From contig RDEW01000026.1 of NCBI GenBank assembly GCA_011109175.1, positions 327,695 to 391,694 on the forward strand: a stretch of 64,000 nucleotides of DNA, in the 5' to 3' direction. The stretch is from Dicyema japonicum. Taxonomy: Eukaryota > Animalia > Dicyemida. Positions within the stretch are counted from its first letter, which is position 1. Each line of letters begins with the position of its first letter. The notes beneath the pieces are model-generated. The model ran no database searches. It was not told the origin of the DNA and was given only the letters and a program-made list of their open reading frames with translations. Positions 1-10,949 of the stretch are shown one piece after another. Position numbers and translations under genes: made by a program.

Positions 1-719
1 GTCCTTCTGGTAATTAACCATTTGGCTAAGTGTGGGGGTTCTGTGTTTCATTTACAAAAACCGTTGTTCCGTGTTGATTTCTCTGAGAGAAAGAATCATG
101 GAACAAAATATTCAAGTTCAATTTTCAACAAGTAAGGGAGAAACTAAGGTTTCATTCTGTGTCACCTGTGAAAAGTATTGAGGGGAGATTGGTTACGCAC
201 TGCAGTTGACTTGAAATCGAATATGGTCTTATTAATGTAGAAATATCAGAAGTAGTTCAATACAATATTGATTGTACATAATAATAACACTTCCAACTTT
301 AGTAGGTAATGTTTACAGTACTTAAACCTTACATTTAGGGGAACACACACTTCATTTTGAGAAGTCCATCTGCGAAGATTAATATGAGAGGCGTCTGAAC
401 TAATCGACCAACACCGTGCCTGTTAGTCACTGAAAGATGCTAATGGGATGACGCTTAGGAGAACACACACTATATTTTGAGAAGTCCATCTGCGAAGATT
501 AATATGAGAGGCGTCTGAACTAATCAACCAACACCGTGCCTGTTAGTCACTGAAAGATGCTAATGGGATGACGCTCGGATCAATGCCTTCCTGCTCAGTA
601 CCGTCGGGACCCACCTTGAAGACGATACTGTCCGCACCGGTATCTCCATCAGAATTGGACTGAAGATTTGCCAGACTCACAATTGTCAGTGCGGTAGTTC
701 CTGTTATGGACATCAATGC

Positions 720-1475
720 AGGACGATTTTCAAGATATTAAGGCGATCAACAAAATTGTTAATCGAGTAATGGAGTCTGCTGGATACCCCTCCATACTTG
801 AACAAGTTGGCCTGGATAGAGGAGAGGTAAAATAACTGGAAGGAATCACAATTTTTCCATTCGAGGAAAAGAACTTTTATCACAAATTTGTCATGTTTCT
901 TGTGGAGGAGTTGATTTGCCAATTTACTCAAAGATATTATGGAAATGATGCAAGATGTGTGTTAGAAGGAGAGGTAAAATAACTGGAAGGAATCACAATT
1001 TTTCCATTCGAGGAAAAGAACTTTTATCACAAATTTGTCATGTTTCTTGTGGAGGAGTTGATTTGCCAATTTACTCAAAGATATTATGGAAATGATGCAA
1101 GATGTGTGTTAGAAACTATTATGACCAGGCAGAACATACGTAAAGCAGAATTAATTAGAAAATTAAAGAAGTTTTCACAGGATCATATAAATTTGATCAT
1201 TTGTATTCTCTTACAATACAAGCGCGGTAGATACACTGTATGCCACGGAAAAAGCAAGAGAATAAATACGAAGCGTTGCACGATCGGCTCACGTTCTACC
1301 CCATCGTAGTTGAGACAACAGGGGGAATAAGCGGGAATCGCTACTTTCCCTAAAGAAACTGGGACTCTTAGCTACACTAAAAAGCCACGACGCACGTGAG
1401 ACACTGTGGCTTCTCTAGTTGATCTCTGTTGAGGCAGTGCAAATCGACAATGTCGGCGGGGATCACTTTTGATTG
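720..1475 (+). mobile_element. Decayed 3' end of a CRE-like non-LTR retrotransposon (restriction-like endonuclease, RLE), interrupted by a host-gene fragment
   Basis: Translates AGYPSILEQVGLDRGEVK*LEGITIFPF (family motif EPxGLxRxDGKRPDGxT) and later FYPIVVETTGGISG. The 1290-1475 part resembles 44160-44390 and the reverse complement of 57920-58090. Confidence 0.7.
1040..1220 (+). pseudogene. POLR3C: 5' fragment of RNA polymerase III subunit RPC3/POLR3C (first winged-helix)
   Basis: MFLVEELICQFTQRYYGNDARCVLETIM...HINLIICILLQYK resembles the recalled POLR3C N-terminus (LCSLLLQEHFGEIVEKIG...VKKALCVLVQHN). It ends abruptly in transposon sequence. Confidence 0.5.
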
Positions 1476-2139
1476 ATTTTTGTGTTTTTGATAAATAAAA
1501 ATTTTAAACAAAAAAAGAAGTAAGAAAAGTAATGTTAATCCAAGGCAAATCCAAAACATTAAATATGTTCCTGACTTCACGTTCTTTTTGTTTGTGTGTG
1601 AGTCCCAGAAGACAATCCGGTTCTTCAGCAATGAGACAACCTACTTATTAATGAAAAATAACATTTTTGTTCCCACGATGATCTTCTACTTACATGTTCT
1701 CCTTGTTTCCACAAGTCTGATTCTCTCTGGAGAGTCTTATCAGATATACGACTAAAAAAATTCACAAATTCAGATTTGATAGCACCACGATGATCTTCTA
1801 CTTACATGTTCTCCTTGTTTCCACAAGTCTGATTCTCTCTGGAGAGTCTTATCAGATATACGACTAAAAAAATTCACAAATTCTGATTTGATAGCACTGA
1901 TTCCAAGGAAATCTCACGATAAAGTTTGGAAGAATTGGTTTGAGGACTCCTGCCGATTTGGACATTCCATGCTACCTATTGTTCCTTGCAAGCTTCTGTG
2001 CCATGGCCAACTCAATCGTATATATACAACTCAATCGCCTCAGATTAAGTCTGGAACTCTGTGATTGACAAGATTGTACAGCGGAAAACAAGTGGGCTTG
2101 GTGTTCCGAAGAACTTAATCTCTCAATAGGTATGAGATG

Positions 2140-2880
2140 AAATTTTTTGTGAAAAAGCTAAATGAACTTTAAGGTCCGCGGATACCCATCGCCACGTCTA
2201 TACTGCGTCTGCTGAGAATTCGGGTCCTGGCTCAATTCCTTTCCGGTACGGGTAGTTGGTACTCTGTTTGACGGGAATACAATTCGCTTTGAAGTTATTT
2301 TGGCTAGGCTTTGAAATCTGCTAGAACACCGATGCCAATGCAGTTGAATGGTTGACACGAAGAGGCTACATCTGCTGTCATGCAAACGGAGCGCCAGGAG
2401 ATTCACTCGTCACGTCATGTTAAACTCGACAGTCATGAGGGTCATCGAAGACGCCAGCTTAACTTGCCTTCTGGAACCAGTCGGTCTTGACAGAGGTAAT
2501 GGCAAGAGGCCGGATGACGTAACAACCATGCAATGGAGCCAATGGAGGTGTCTTACTTGGGATTCAACGTGTACGGACACTTTTTCTAATTGGAATTTGC
2601 TCTAGTCATCGTTGCGCGCGGTTCCGTAGCGAGTACTCCTAAAGATTTGAAAAAATGAGCAATTATCGCGGCATTGGGGAACAGTTCGCTTTCTAGCCGA
2701 TCTCTGTCGACACGTCTGCCGTTATTCGTCTGAGTTCATCAGGTTAATCGGCGACTCGAATGTCTGTGGAAGGATGAGCCTAGAATGACACTATGGCTCT
2801 TCCCGAACATTGGGCTCACGATAAAGAGTGTAACTCTCATTACGTGCTCAATGCCTGTAGGCTATAACTGAGACCTTGTC
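2140..2880 (+). mobile_element. CRE-like non-LTR retrotransposon 3' fragment (CCHC finger plus RLE)
   Basis: HRCQC...HLLSCKRS..RFTRHVMLN...LEPVGLDRGNGKRPDDVTTMQWSQWRCLTWDSTCTDT, with stops and frameshifts. Confidence 0.8.
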
Positions 2881-3350
2881 ATATCAACTAACTTTATTAT
2901 TTAATAAATGTCGAAATTTATAGGAATTCTAACATATTAATGACAATTGCAGGTGATCCACGGTAGGCAAAAAGATTGTCAAAGAAACCTTGTCCACAAC
3001 TTAGACTGGGAGTTTCACTTAGATAGTACTCAGAAGCATTGATTTTGAAGTCTGCATCTTAATAATTTGTTTCCCTCAAAGCATAAATGGCTCTTGAGCA
3101 AGGGATAACGTTGTGCCGACCAAACCCATCCTTCAATTGTTTATTACAGACTTCCAAAGAAAGGTGAAGAAGTAGGTCCGCCCTCTTCCTTTTTCATCAC
3201 ATGTCTATCATTCTCAGGAGGAAGAGTTTTCACAATGGTAATCTCAGTCAGTGAAGTAGGTGAGGAATATTTCCAATATTATTTAATAAATATAATTTTC
3301 AATATTATTTAATAAATAAAAATATAAAATTATGTTGTAATAAAGTAACC

Positions 3351-4717
3351 ATGAACACAGCACATTACTATGATGATTTATTTTTGGATGATGTAGAGGA
3401 TAGTGAAGTAATGTTGAATATATAATGAGATTATGGAAGTATTAAAGAGGCAAATGGGTGACAATCATGAAATAGGCCATTACGACGAGTACATAACAGA
3501 TAATGTAGTGAATAGGGATATTTACAGTTTAAACAGTAATAATAATGATAATTAAGTATTACAACAAAAGTATGACAAATTGGAGTGTCTGTATAACAGA
3601 AGGGGTGAATTTATTGACCAATTGAAAGAAGAGGGGAGTAAAAGAGAAGAAGAGTATGAAAGACAAATACGAGAACTGAAACATAAACTATTAATAAGTG
3701 AAGGTTATATTAATAATAATAAATAGGAGAGAAGGATGGTGTATTAGTGAAATTAGATAATATGCATAAAACTAATGATAGTCTTGTGGAAGACTTAAGA
3801 AATAATGAAAGCTTATTGGATGATGCTAATAGTAGAATTATAAATATAAGTAACGAAAAATTAAAGGTAGTAAATGACTAAACATATTAGTTGGAAGAGA
3901 ATGTCTCAATGGCTTACGACAATATAAGAATGTTAAATGAGGAGATAATACATTTGTCCTCAAATGACGTCATTTCAAAGATTCAAGCAAAACACCAAAT
4001 AATGATTAAACTGATAAAGCAAGACCTACAAGGACAAATTGATTCATTAGAGGGGAAGAATTCACAATATATAATGGATATTAATAATAAAGTATTTTAA
4101 TTTACTATTTTAATATTAATTATAAATAAATTATTATTAGAATTCACAATTTATGTGTCTAGAGGAAGAATTTGAATTATTAAAAAGGGAAAATATGGCT
4201 ACAATAAATTCTCTTGTGAGACAACTGGAGAATAGTAATTTTAATGAAAACATCAAACATGAAAATACAACATTAAAACAATTTAATGATTCTCTACAAA
4301 AGGAAATTGCTGATTTGATGCTAAATTCAATTGATAAATGTGACAATTGTGATTTGGCAAATAAACAACTTGAAGAATTAAAATATTTATATGAAAATGA
4401 ATTAAACACATGTAAGGATAAACTACAACGAGAACAATCCACAGTCACTCTTTATTTGTCTGAAAAGACTATTTTGGAGGAAGAATTAAAGTATATTATA
4501 TTTAATATTCAGGAAAGTCTTGTCAAATAACCAGGAGACTACTGATGATGTTTTGATAATGTTCTATTTATAGGATGAATTATGTCCAATGTGTATTAAT
4601 AAATTGGAGAAAATAAAGAAATCGTACAATGATACATTAACTAATATCAAAAGTATTTTGTTCTTTATTATCATAGGGGATGTTAGTCACTATATTAATA
4701 ATATTGATTTTATTTAA
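3351..4717 (+). CDS. CEP152: CEP152/Asterless-like centriolar coiled-coil protein, about 385 aa, 9 exons (3351-3407, 3430-3535, 3557-3703, 3727-3866, 3891-4091, 4141-4490, 4513-4549, 4574-4652, 4677-4717)
   Basis: Removing GT-AG introns of 22, 21, 23, 24, 49, 22, 24 and 24 nt gives one open frame from ATG to TAA. Acidic N-terminus. ERQIRELKHKLLISEGEKDG matches recalled CEP152 [20 protein letters not shown], and C-terminal YNDTLTNIKRDVSHYI matches YIKAVKKIKCDMLRYI. Confidence 0.72.
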
Positions 4718-4774
4718 TGTTTTTTAAAACAAAAAATTAAATTCAAAATAAAATTGGTAATGTTTTGTGTGCAT

Positions 4775-5010
4775 TCATGCCAAACCCTAGAAGAGAACAA
4801 GATACTAGAGCGCAGACCTCCTGAGATTAGCGCTTCAGAATTGCTCAGAGTTGAATTTTGTCGTCTACGATGTGGACATCATTTGTCTCTGGCTGGTAGA
4901 GTAGATCTGGATCTTTTTGTTTGGTCTGGACCACCAGGGCTCGACGTGAAAGTAATGGATCTCTGGGAGCGTCCTATCTCCAGCTTTCAACCCGGAGCCT
5001 GAAAGTCTCC
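4775..5010 (+). mobile_element. Decayed LINE 3' end (C-terminal zinc-knuckle region)
   Basis: ILERRPPEISASEL..RLRCGHHLSL..DLWERP; same family motif as 40500-40860 (-). Confidence 0.55.
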
Positions 5011-5499
5011 ACTGAAAATATGTGTCGGTGCAGGCCCCATAAGAAATCAAGCATTTTCTCCGAGAGAAAGAGAAAACATTACACCGTCCGGGTGCCTTCC
5101 ATCTCTACGACCCATGCTCACCGATTATAGAGTTAACGGGAATGCAACCGCCTCAAGAAAGCTTCACAACCTCGTTGATTGTGGCAAGCTTTGGAAACAA
5201 ATAATTAATTATTAGGCCATGGAAGGTCTTTCTGTATTTGATTATTAAAGTCCCCGGAGACGTAAAATATGGTGGCGTTGTTATTATTTAGACATGGAGG
5301 CAGGTTCGAACTTGTTGCGAACGGTCAATTGTGAAAGACAGGACTGACAAGAAACAGGGGGAAATAGATTGGATTAGTTTCTGGATTATTTGTGCCACGC
5401 TTTATTTACCATTCGCCTAAACGGACGACAGGACAAAATGAATACCTTTTAAATTTTTTATTTAATTACTTCATTTTTTATATTAAAGACAATTATTTA

Positions 5500-5975
5500 A
5501 CAAAGAAACAAATACTAGTTAAGGAAGCCGGCTGCGTGGATCGCGAACGAGTTCCCTCGGAGTATGGCCATTCCAATCTTTTGTCTCATCCATAACCCTT
5601 CTCGTTGATCCCTTTCGTTTCTGGAAAACATTCCTCTGAGTTCGCGCAAGAACTTAGCCGTCATTGGACCAACGACTCCCGACCGCAACAAGAGTAAATC
5701 GGTACCGGTCCCCGAGGCAAGAATATTTCTTGATTTTTAGGTTTTCCGCGGTCGAAGCAGCTGCTCCTGGTGTCTGAACCGTTTTGAAAAGATTCGTGCT
5801 TGAATATGTGTCAACACAAGCTGCGTCCCAGACCAAGATCTTCCGGATGTGTAAGTGAAAAGGGTCATCCCGTCATGTCTCTTTCCATCTCCTCGATCGA
5901 GACCCACTTGTTCAAGCTGTAATGGGAAGCCTATAGCCTTCAGAGCTCTGACGATCACATCGTCAGAGCAGCGTG
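5500..5975 (-). mobile_element. CRE-like RLE fragment
   Basis: LEQVGLDRGDGKRHDGMTLF, then VWDAACVDTYS...KIKKYSCLGDRYRFTLVAV in an adjacent frame. Confidence 0.8.
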
Positions 5976-7775
5976 ANAATTACCGTTGTCACCAATGCTA
6001 TTAAACATGTTTCTCTGTGACCTCTTATCCCAAACCACTAAAAACTCAATTCTTTTATTTGGATGATAGCGTGATTTCAGTGAAACATCGAAGAGTCGAG
6101 GAAGATTAAAAGTGATTCATAGAATCAGTTCAAGATCTATTAAACCTGATGGATCTTATGTTCTTGAAGAACCGTCTAAATATATCACCAGGAAAATCAT
6201 ATGTAATGGCGTTTACCTTATCACGAAAAGAAATACGGACAACGCCAAAAAAAATTGTATGATTAACTGATCCCCATTAAGAAGACCCTTTTAATCTTTG
6301 GAGTCATCCTGGATCCTCTCCTCACATTCACTCATCAAGTGTACCTGGTAACCGCGAGGATCCATAAAATTGGAATTCTCAAGGCTTTTACGCACTTCCA
6401 AATATTTTCCCGCACATTGTTAGAGCTTCTATGCAAACAGTTTTTTCCCAATTTACTTGTTTTGGCGGCTTCTTTTGCTGATTGGTAGAAGCGATGGATT
6501 CGGAGCCACAGAAATTGATGAAACCGGACAGTGCATTTCCTCTGATGATTTTACAATGAAATACGCTCAATTAGCCAGCACCTTTCTCTTTTATCATTTT
6601 TCCTCTTCCGATTCTGTTTGGGAGGGTCAGTGATCTTTAAGATCTTTATTATTGATACAAAATAAAATAAAAAGTTCATATACAGCGGCTGCCTTGACTG
6701 ACTTTATTTACCAGAAATTAATTTTTACTACAATTTATCTCTGCTATCAAGGGCGTTTATGACGAGTTGGCTGATCCGGTCTTCGACTTGGTACGTTTGA
6801 TTTATTTGGATGAAATTATATTTTATAAAAATATACGAATTTAAGACTTAATCTGGATGGTTTTATAGCTTTGTTTGAGACGATTAGCATTTAAAAAATA
6901 CCAGAATGTTTTGGGTACCACGATTTATAAAATACACATTTCCCATTTTCAAAAACCCCGGGGTACCGAGAAAAAAAGAAAAATAAAACTATTAGGTGTT
7001 CCCAGTCCCCGCAATATGTGTAACCGGTAAATTCATCATCGCCAGTAAATACATCGTTAATAAATTCAAGGTACCGCGTGGGCGGGTTCTGAGATAAATT
7101 GGTAGAATTTTTGATTTTTAAAAAATAAAACTATTAGGTGTTCCCAGTCCCCGCAATATGTGTAACCGGTAAATTCATCATCGCCAGTAAATACATCGTT
7201 AATAAATTCAAGGTACCGCGTGGGCAGGTTCTGAGATAAATTGGTAGAATTTTTGATTTTTCTATTAATGTTAGAATGAAATTTTGGGGATTTACTGAGC
7301 GATAAAAATCATATCTGTCATTTCTTAAATTCTGTTGAGAAAATCTGCGCAACCAAAAACGGCCTATTTGATAAACTTTACTGGATTTATAGTTTTATGT
7401 TAATTTTTCACATCTTGTAAATTTTTAAGATAATATTTTCGAAATGTTTAAGTAGTGGCATTCGCACTAAATATCTACTTAGCCTCTTTTGAATAAAAGG
7501 TTTTCCCTTTTCGTTAGCATAAACAAGGTCTGGAAATAACCCGAAGTTCTGAATAAAGGAATTGTCTGATTCAGGTAGGATCTGGTTCGAATTTCAGCCA
7601 GTCAAGAACTAAAAGAGATGAAAAATCACCAAAGCTACATGTGTATGATCATAGTTATATGTATGCTGCTATTGGATACCCTGTGATTTCAGTAGACCTT
7701 AAGATACCAAAGTAACGATACTGGAGTTAGTTTGAAATATATTTAAAAAAAAAGTTGGGTGCTCTCAGTCTACAG

Positions 7776-7860
7776 CAGGGGTGTCAAGCATGCGGCCCTT
7801 AAAAGGCATAAATGCGGCCCGATTTATTATTATTATTAATAGCAATTTCCGCGGAATCAG
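7776..7860 (+). mobile_element. Terminus of a hAT (Charlie/SPIN-type) element; second copy at about 26248
   Basis: CAGGGGTGTCAAGC followed by repeated GCGGCCC subterminal motifs and preceded by 8-mer gtcTAcag resembling a Charlie-type target site. Confidence 0.55.
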
Positions 7861-8719
7861 TAAAGTTAACTAATTTGAGATTCCACTTTTGCCATGCATC
7901 TCTGTACACGGGCTGTGAGTCGTTTCCATCCTCTCCTGTTGTTCGCATCCGCCCTCAGATCATCCAGATCCTCTGCTGTTTTCAGTTTTCTTCCTATGCA
8001 AGTGAGTTCTTTGTCGACCTCGATACGTTGTTTTGTTTAATACAGAAAATTATGATTCCATGGCCTGATTGGCTGGTGCCATTTCCGAAGCTCTTAGGAT
8101 ATGTCCAGAGTTGCTATTTCGCAGAAGTAACTTTATTCCCAATCTTTGTTGTTTGAGAAATTCTATAGAGCTCGTTGTTGATTATCCGGTTTGACTAGTT
8201 ATTCCAAATAGAAGTCGCAGTTGGTTTTTGTGGAAAGAGTAGGGGTTTTCCGGTTTTTTGGAGGTTAAGCCCCAGGTTTCCCTTTATAAAGTAGGATTGG
8301 TTTGATAAAAAAAAAGTTGTACAATCGGCCCTATTTAATGGCTATAAAATAACAAAAAATCATTTTGTTATTTTTTACATTTAATTAAATTTTTTTACAA
8401 CTGCCTACGTCACTCCAGTTCCTTAAAAGTTTGGAAAAACAGTCGACTGTGTGTTTGTGAAAGTGGGGGATTCAGCGAGTAATAAAAACAAAAAAATGGA
8501 ACTTGGCTACAGTCGCAGGATTTCTTGCCTCTAAATATGCAATTGGCGACTGGGAAAGCATAGATATTAAGTCCCTCAAGGCCACTCAGAAAAAATATTT
8601 GTAAAATAAAATTTATTTCACAACACTACACTCTATTATGTTCAAATGTATGGATGACCCAAATGTCGACCTATCTACTTCCTCAGAATGGTTATCCAAG
8701 TGAAATAATGGCCCACGGA

Positions 8720-9500
8720 GCGAACCATTGTACTGTCTTCTGCAAGACGGGGTCAATATGCAACCATTTAAAAAAAAGCAAGAAAACTGTTGATCATTTG
8801 GCCACTCAGTGTGGTAAAATGCTAAATAGTGAATATCTCCGAAGACATAATGAAGTGGTAAAGTGCATCCATCTTCATCTTTGTCGAATTTATGAAATCA
8901 AAAGAAGCAGGAAATTGAAAGGACATTCGGTTCAGTCAATATTGACGAATCAAAATGTCGAAATTGGAGTTGACGTCGATTTTGGCAGAAACAAAAGTCC
9001 AATACAATAAACCTGATATTTTTGTGTATGACAAAACAAAGAAGGAAGTAACTTTAATTGAAGTAGGGATTACCTCACAAGACAGACTAAAGCAAGTTGA
9101 AGTTGAGAAACTTCACAAATATGACTTGCTACAAATGAACTTTCGCTGCTCTATGAATGCCAAGTGAAGATTATTCCAGTGGTTTTGACATGGGATGGAG
9201 TTGTCTCAAGATGCTTCAAGAATCATATGGATAAATTATCTATTGAAGAATCAACGAGGACTTACATCCAATCGGTTGTGCTGAAGAGAACGCTTGAAAA
9301 TATGCTCATTGAACATAAGCATTGAATGAAGGTATACGATGAAGAGTAAGTCTCTGCTACCTCCCAACTTGTGGAACTGGCATGCCGTGAGGACAGCCCA
9401 CTGGACTCTAATGGAGATATTTTGACTGAATCTGATGTGGAGATGCGGAGTAACAGGAAGGTTATAGAACACTCTTCTTCTAAGAGAAGAAGAGAGATTA
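8720..9500 (+). mobile_element. R4/Dong-like non-LTR retrotransposon 3' end (CCHC plus RLE), frameshifted
   Basis: TVDHLATQC..YLRRHNEVVKCIH..NKPDIFVYDK..LIEVGITSQDRLKQVEVEKLHKYDLL contains RHN and PD..D..E..K-KY RLE motifs. Confidence 0.85.
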
Positions 9501-10169
9501 CCAACAATTTGGATCAAAATCCGCTTAATTAGTTAATTTATTGGATTATTAAGTATTAAGTCCCTATAAAAACAAACTGGTATCCAATTTTTTTTAACCT
9601 ATTCTACAAGACTAAAGAATATATTACAAGGTTGAGAAACATACTACGGGCCGAATAGACATATTCTACAAAAACGAAGGAACCTTTGGGGGACGCAGTA
9701 GCCAAAGGGTCAAAACTCCGGATATTTTCCAAGTTGGACCTAGTACCCACATCAATTGATCCTTACATTCGTTTCCGGGTCTACACGGGAATTTGTTATC
9801 CAGGCCATTGATCCCTACAGGACCTGAGACTACTGGATGTCATACTGGAGTTGGGACTTACAGGGGGGTACCCACACCATTTGTTTCCTACATTCGAATT
9901 GGGATCTACACGGTACTTTGTTAACCACATCATCGGTCCCTGCAGGACGGTTAGGGACCACCGTGGAATAACATACTGGGGAAAGGACCTACAAATGGAG
10001 AACTAAATGGAGATGGGCGTACTGGCTTTGTATCTACAACGTTCTGGAGATAAATTACTAATTGAATGGATAGCAAGGATAAATGGTACCCGGATGAACA
10101 GTCCAGGCCAACTGGCGGACTGGTTACCTATTCAATGACTTGTTGTTTTTAATTCATTAATTCAATTAA

Positions 10170-10548
10170 TTTTTAACGTGTATAGGGAATGAATTGTATT
10201 TTTTGCCTCCTTATACTCCTCAACTTAATCCAATTGAAGAGTTTTTTCTGTTTGGAAAAATAACATAAAAAATTGTAGGAACTCTGAGGAATTAACAAAC
10301 GCAATCCAAACACATGCGGAGCTATTTATTTAAAGCATTGGCTAATGAAAAATTTTAATTTACAGTTGTTTTTTTCAATTAATTATAAAATTGGGTTTTT
10401 TTAATCTGACCCTTGACAAAGTTATTAAAATTTTTGACAAAGTTATTAAATTTTATGACAAAGTTATTAAATTTTTTGACAAAGTTATTAAATTTTATGA
10501 CAAAATTATTAAATAAATAGGAAAACCCTTTATTATTTTAGTGTGTAG
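10170..10548 (+). mobile_element. Tc1/IS630-type transposase 3' remnant with ~22-bp subterminal tandem repeats; copy at about 28640-28980
   Basis: FLPPYTPQLNPIEEFFSVWK motif and (TGACAAAGTTATTAAATTTT[A/T]) repeated about four times at about 10414-10515. Confidence 0.65.
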
Positions 10549-10949
10549 TGCAATAAGAAACTCAACCAACGTGTTTGGCACGTGTCGCAAGCGTAATTAA
10601 TAAATATTAACAAGACTATGGGATATAGGGATTTTTGGTTAGAAATAAGATTTGGTTAATTTATTCAATTTAAGTCATTTATTCAATTTGATTACGTATT
10701 TTGAATAATACATTAATTCTAGTCCTTATTGCTCTTAAATATTAAAGATTGATTTAAAAAACTAGTTACAATAACAGCAAGGTATAATAGAAAGGGTTAA
10801 ATGATGTATCATCATTTTTCAAAGCCAATTAAGTGCTCTAATTAGCTAGATTCTGCACTCTCATAATTAGGACAATTTTTATGACAACTAAAATTTCTAA
10901 AAATTGCACTTATGGCATTATTATTGCTTTAAAACCCAAAGACCACCAA

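Noticed and set aside
340-575. Two ~120-bp direct repeats, superficially array-like
   Set aside because: Two adjacent near-identical units with no spacers; not CRISPR. Like those at 821-1114, 1674-1897, 6980-7260, 45298-45400, 46416-46590 and 55900-56185, probably an overlap artefact or simple tandem duplication. The 6980 one is single-copy in its paralog at about 25590.
3458-3475. Possible 18-nt intron in the CEP152-like gene
   Set aside because: In-frame, stopless and shorter than every supported intron; left as exon.
3351-4717. Stop-codon reassignment (ciliate-type code) to explain in-frame TAA/TAG
   Set aside because: Each stop lies within a GT-AG micro-intron, many introns shift the frame, and genes end in TAA or TGA; the standard code suffices.
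6740-6810. Minus-strand DRISQLVI resembling dUTPase motif 4
   Set aside because: No other dUTPase motifs, and the frame differs in the paralogous copy.
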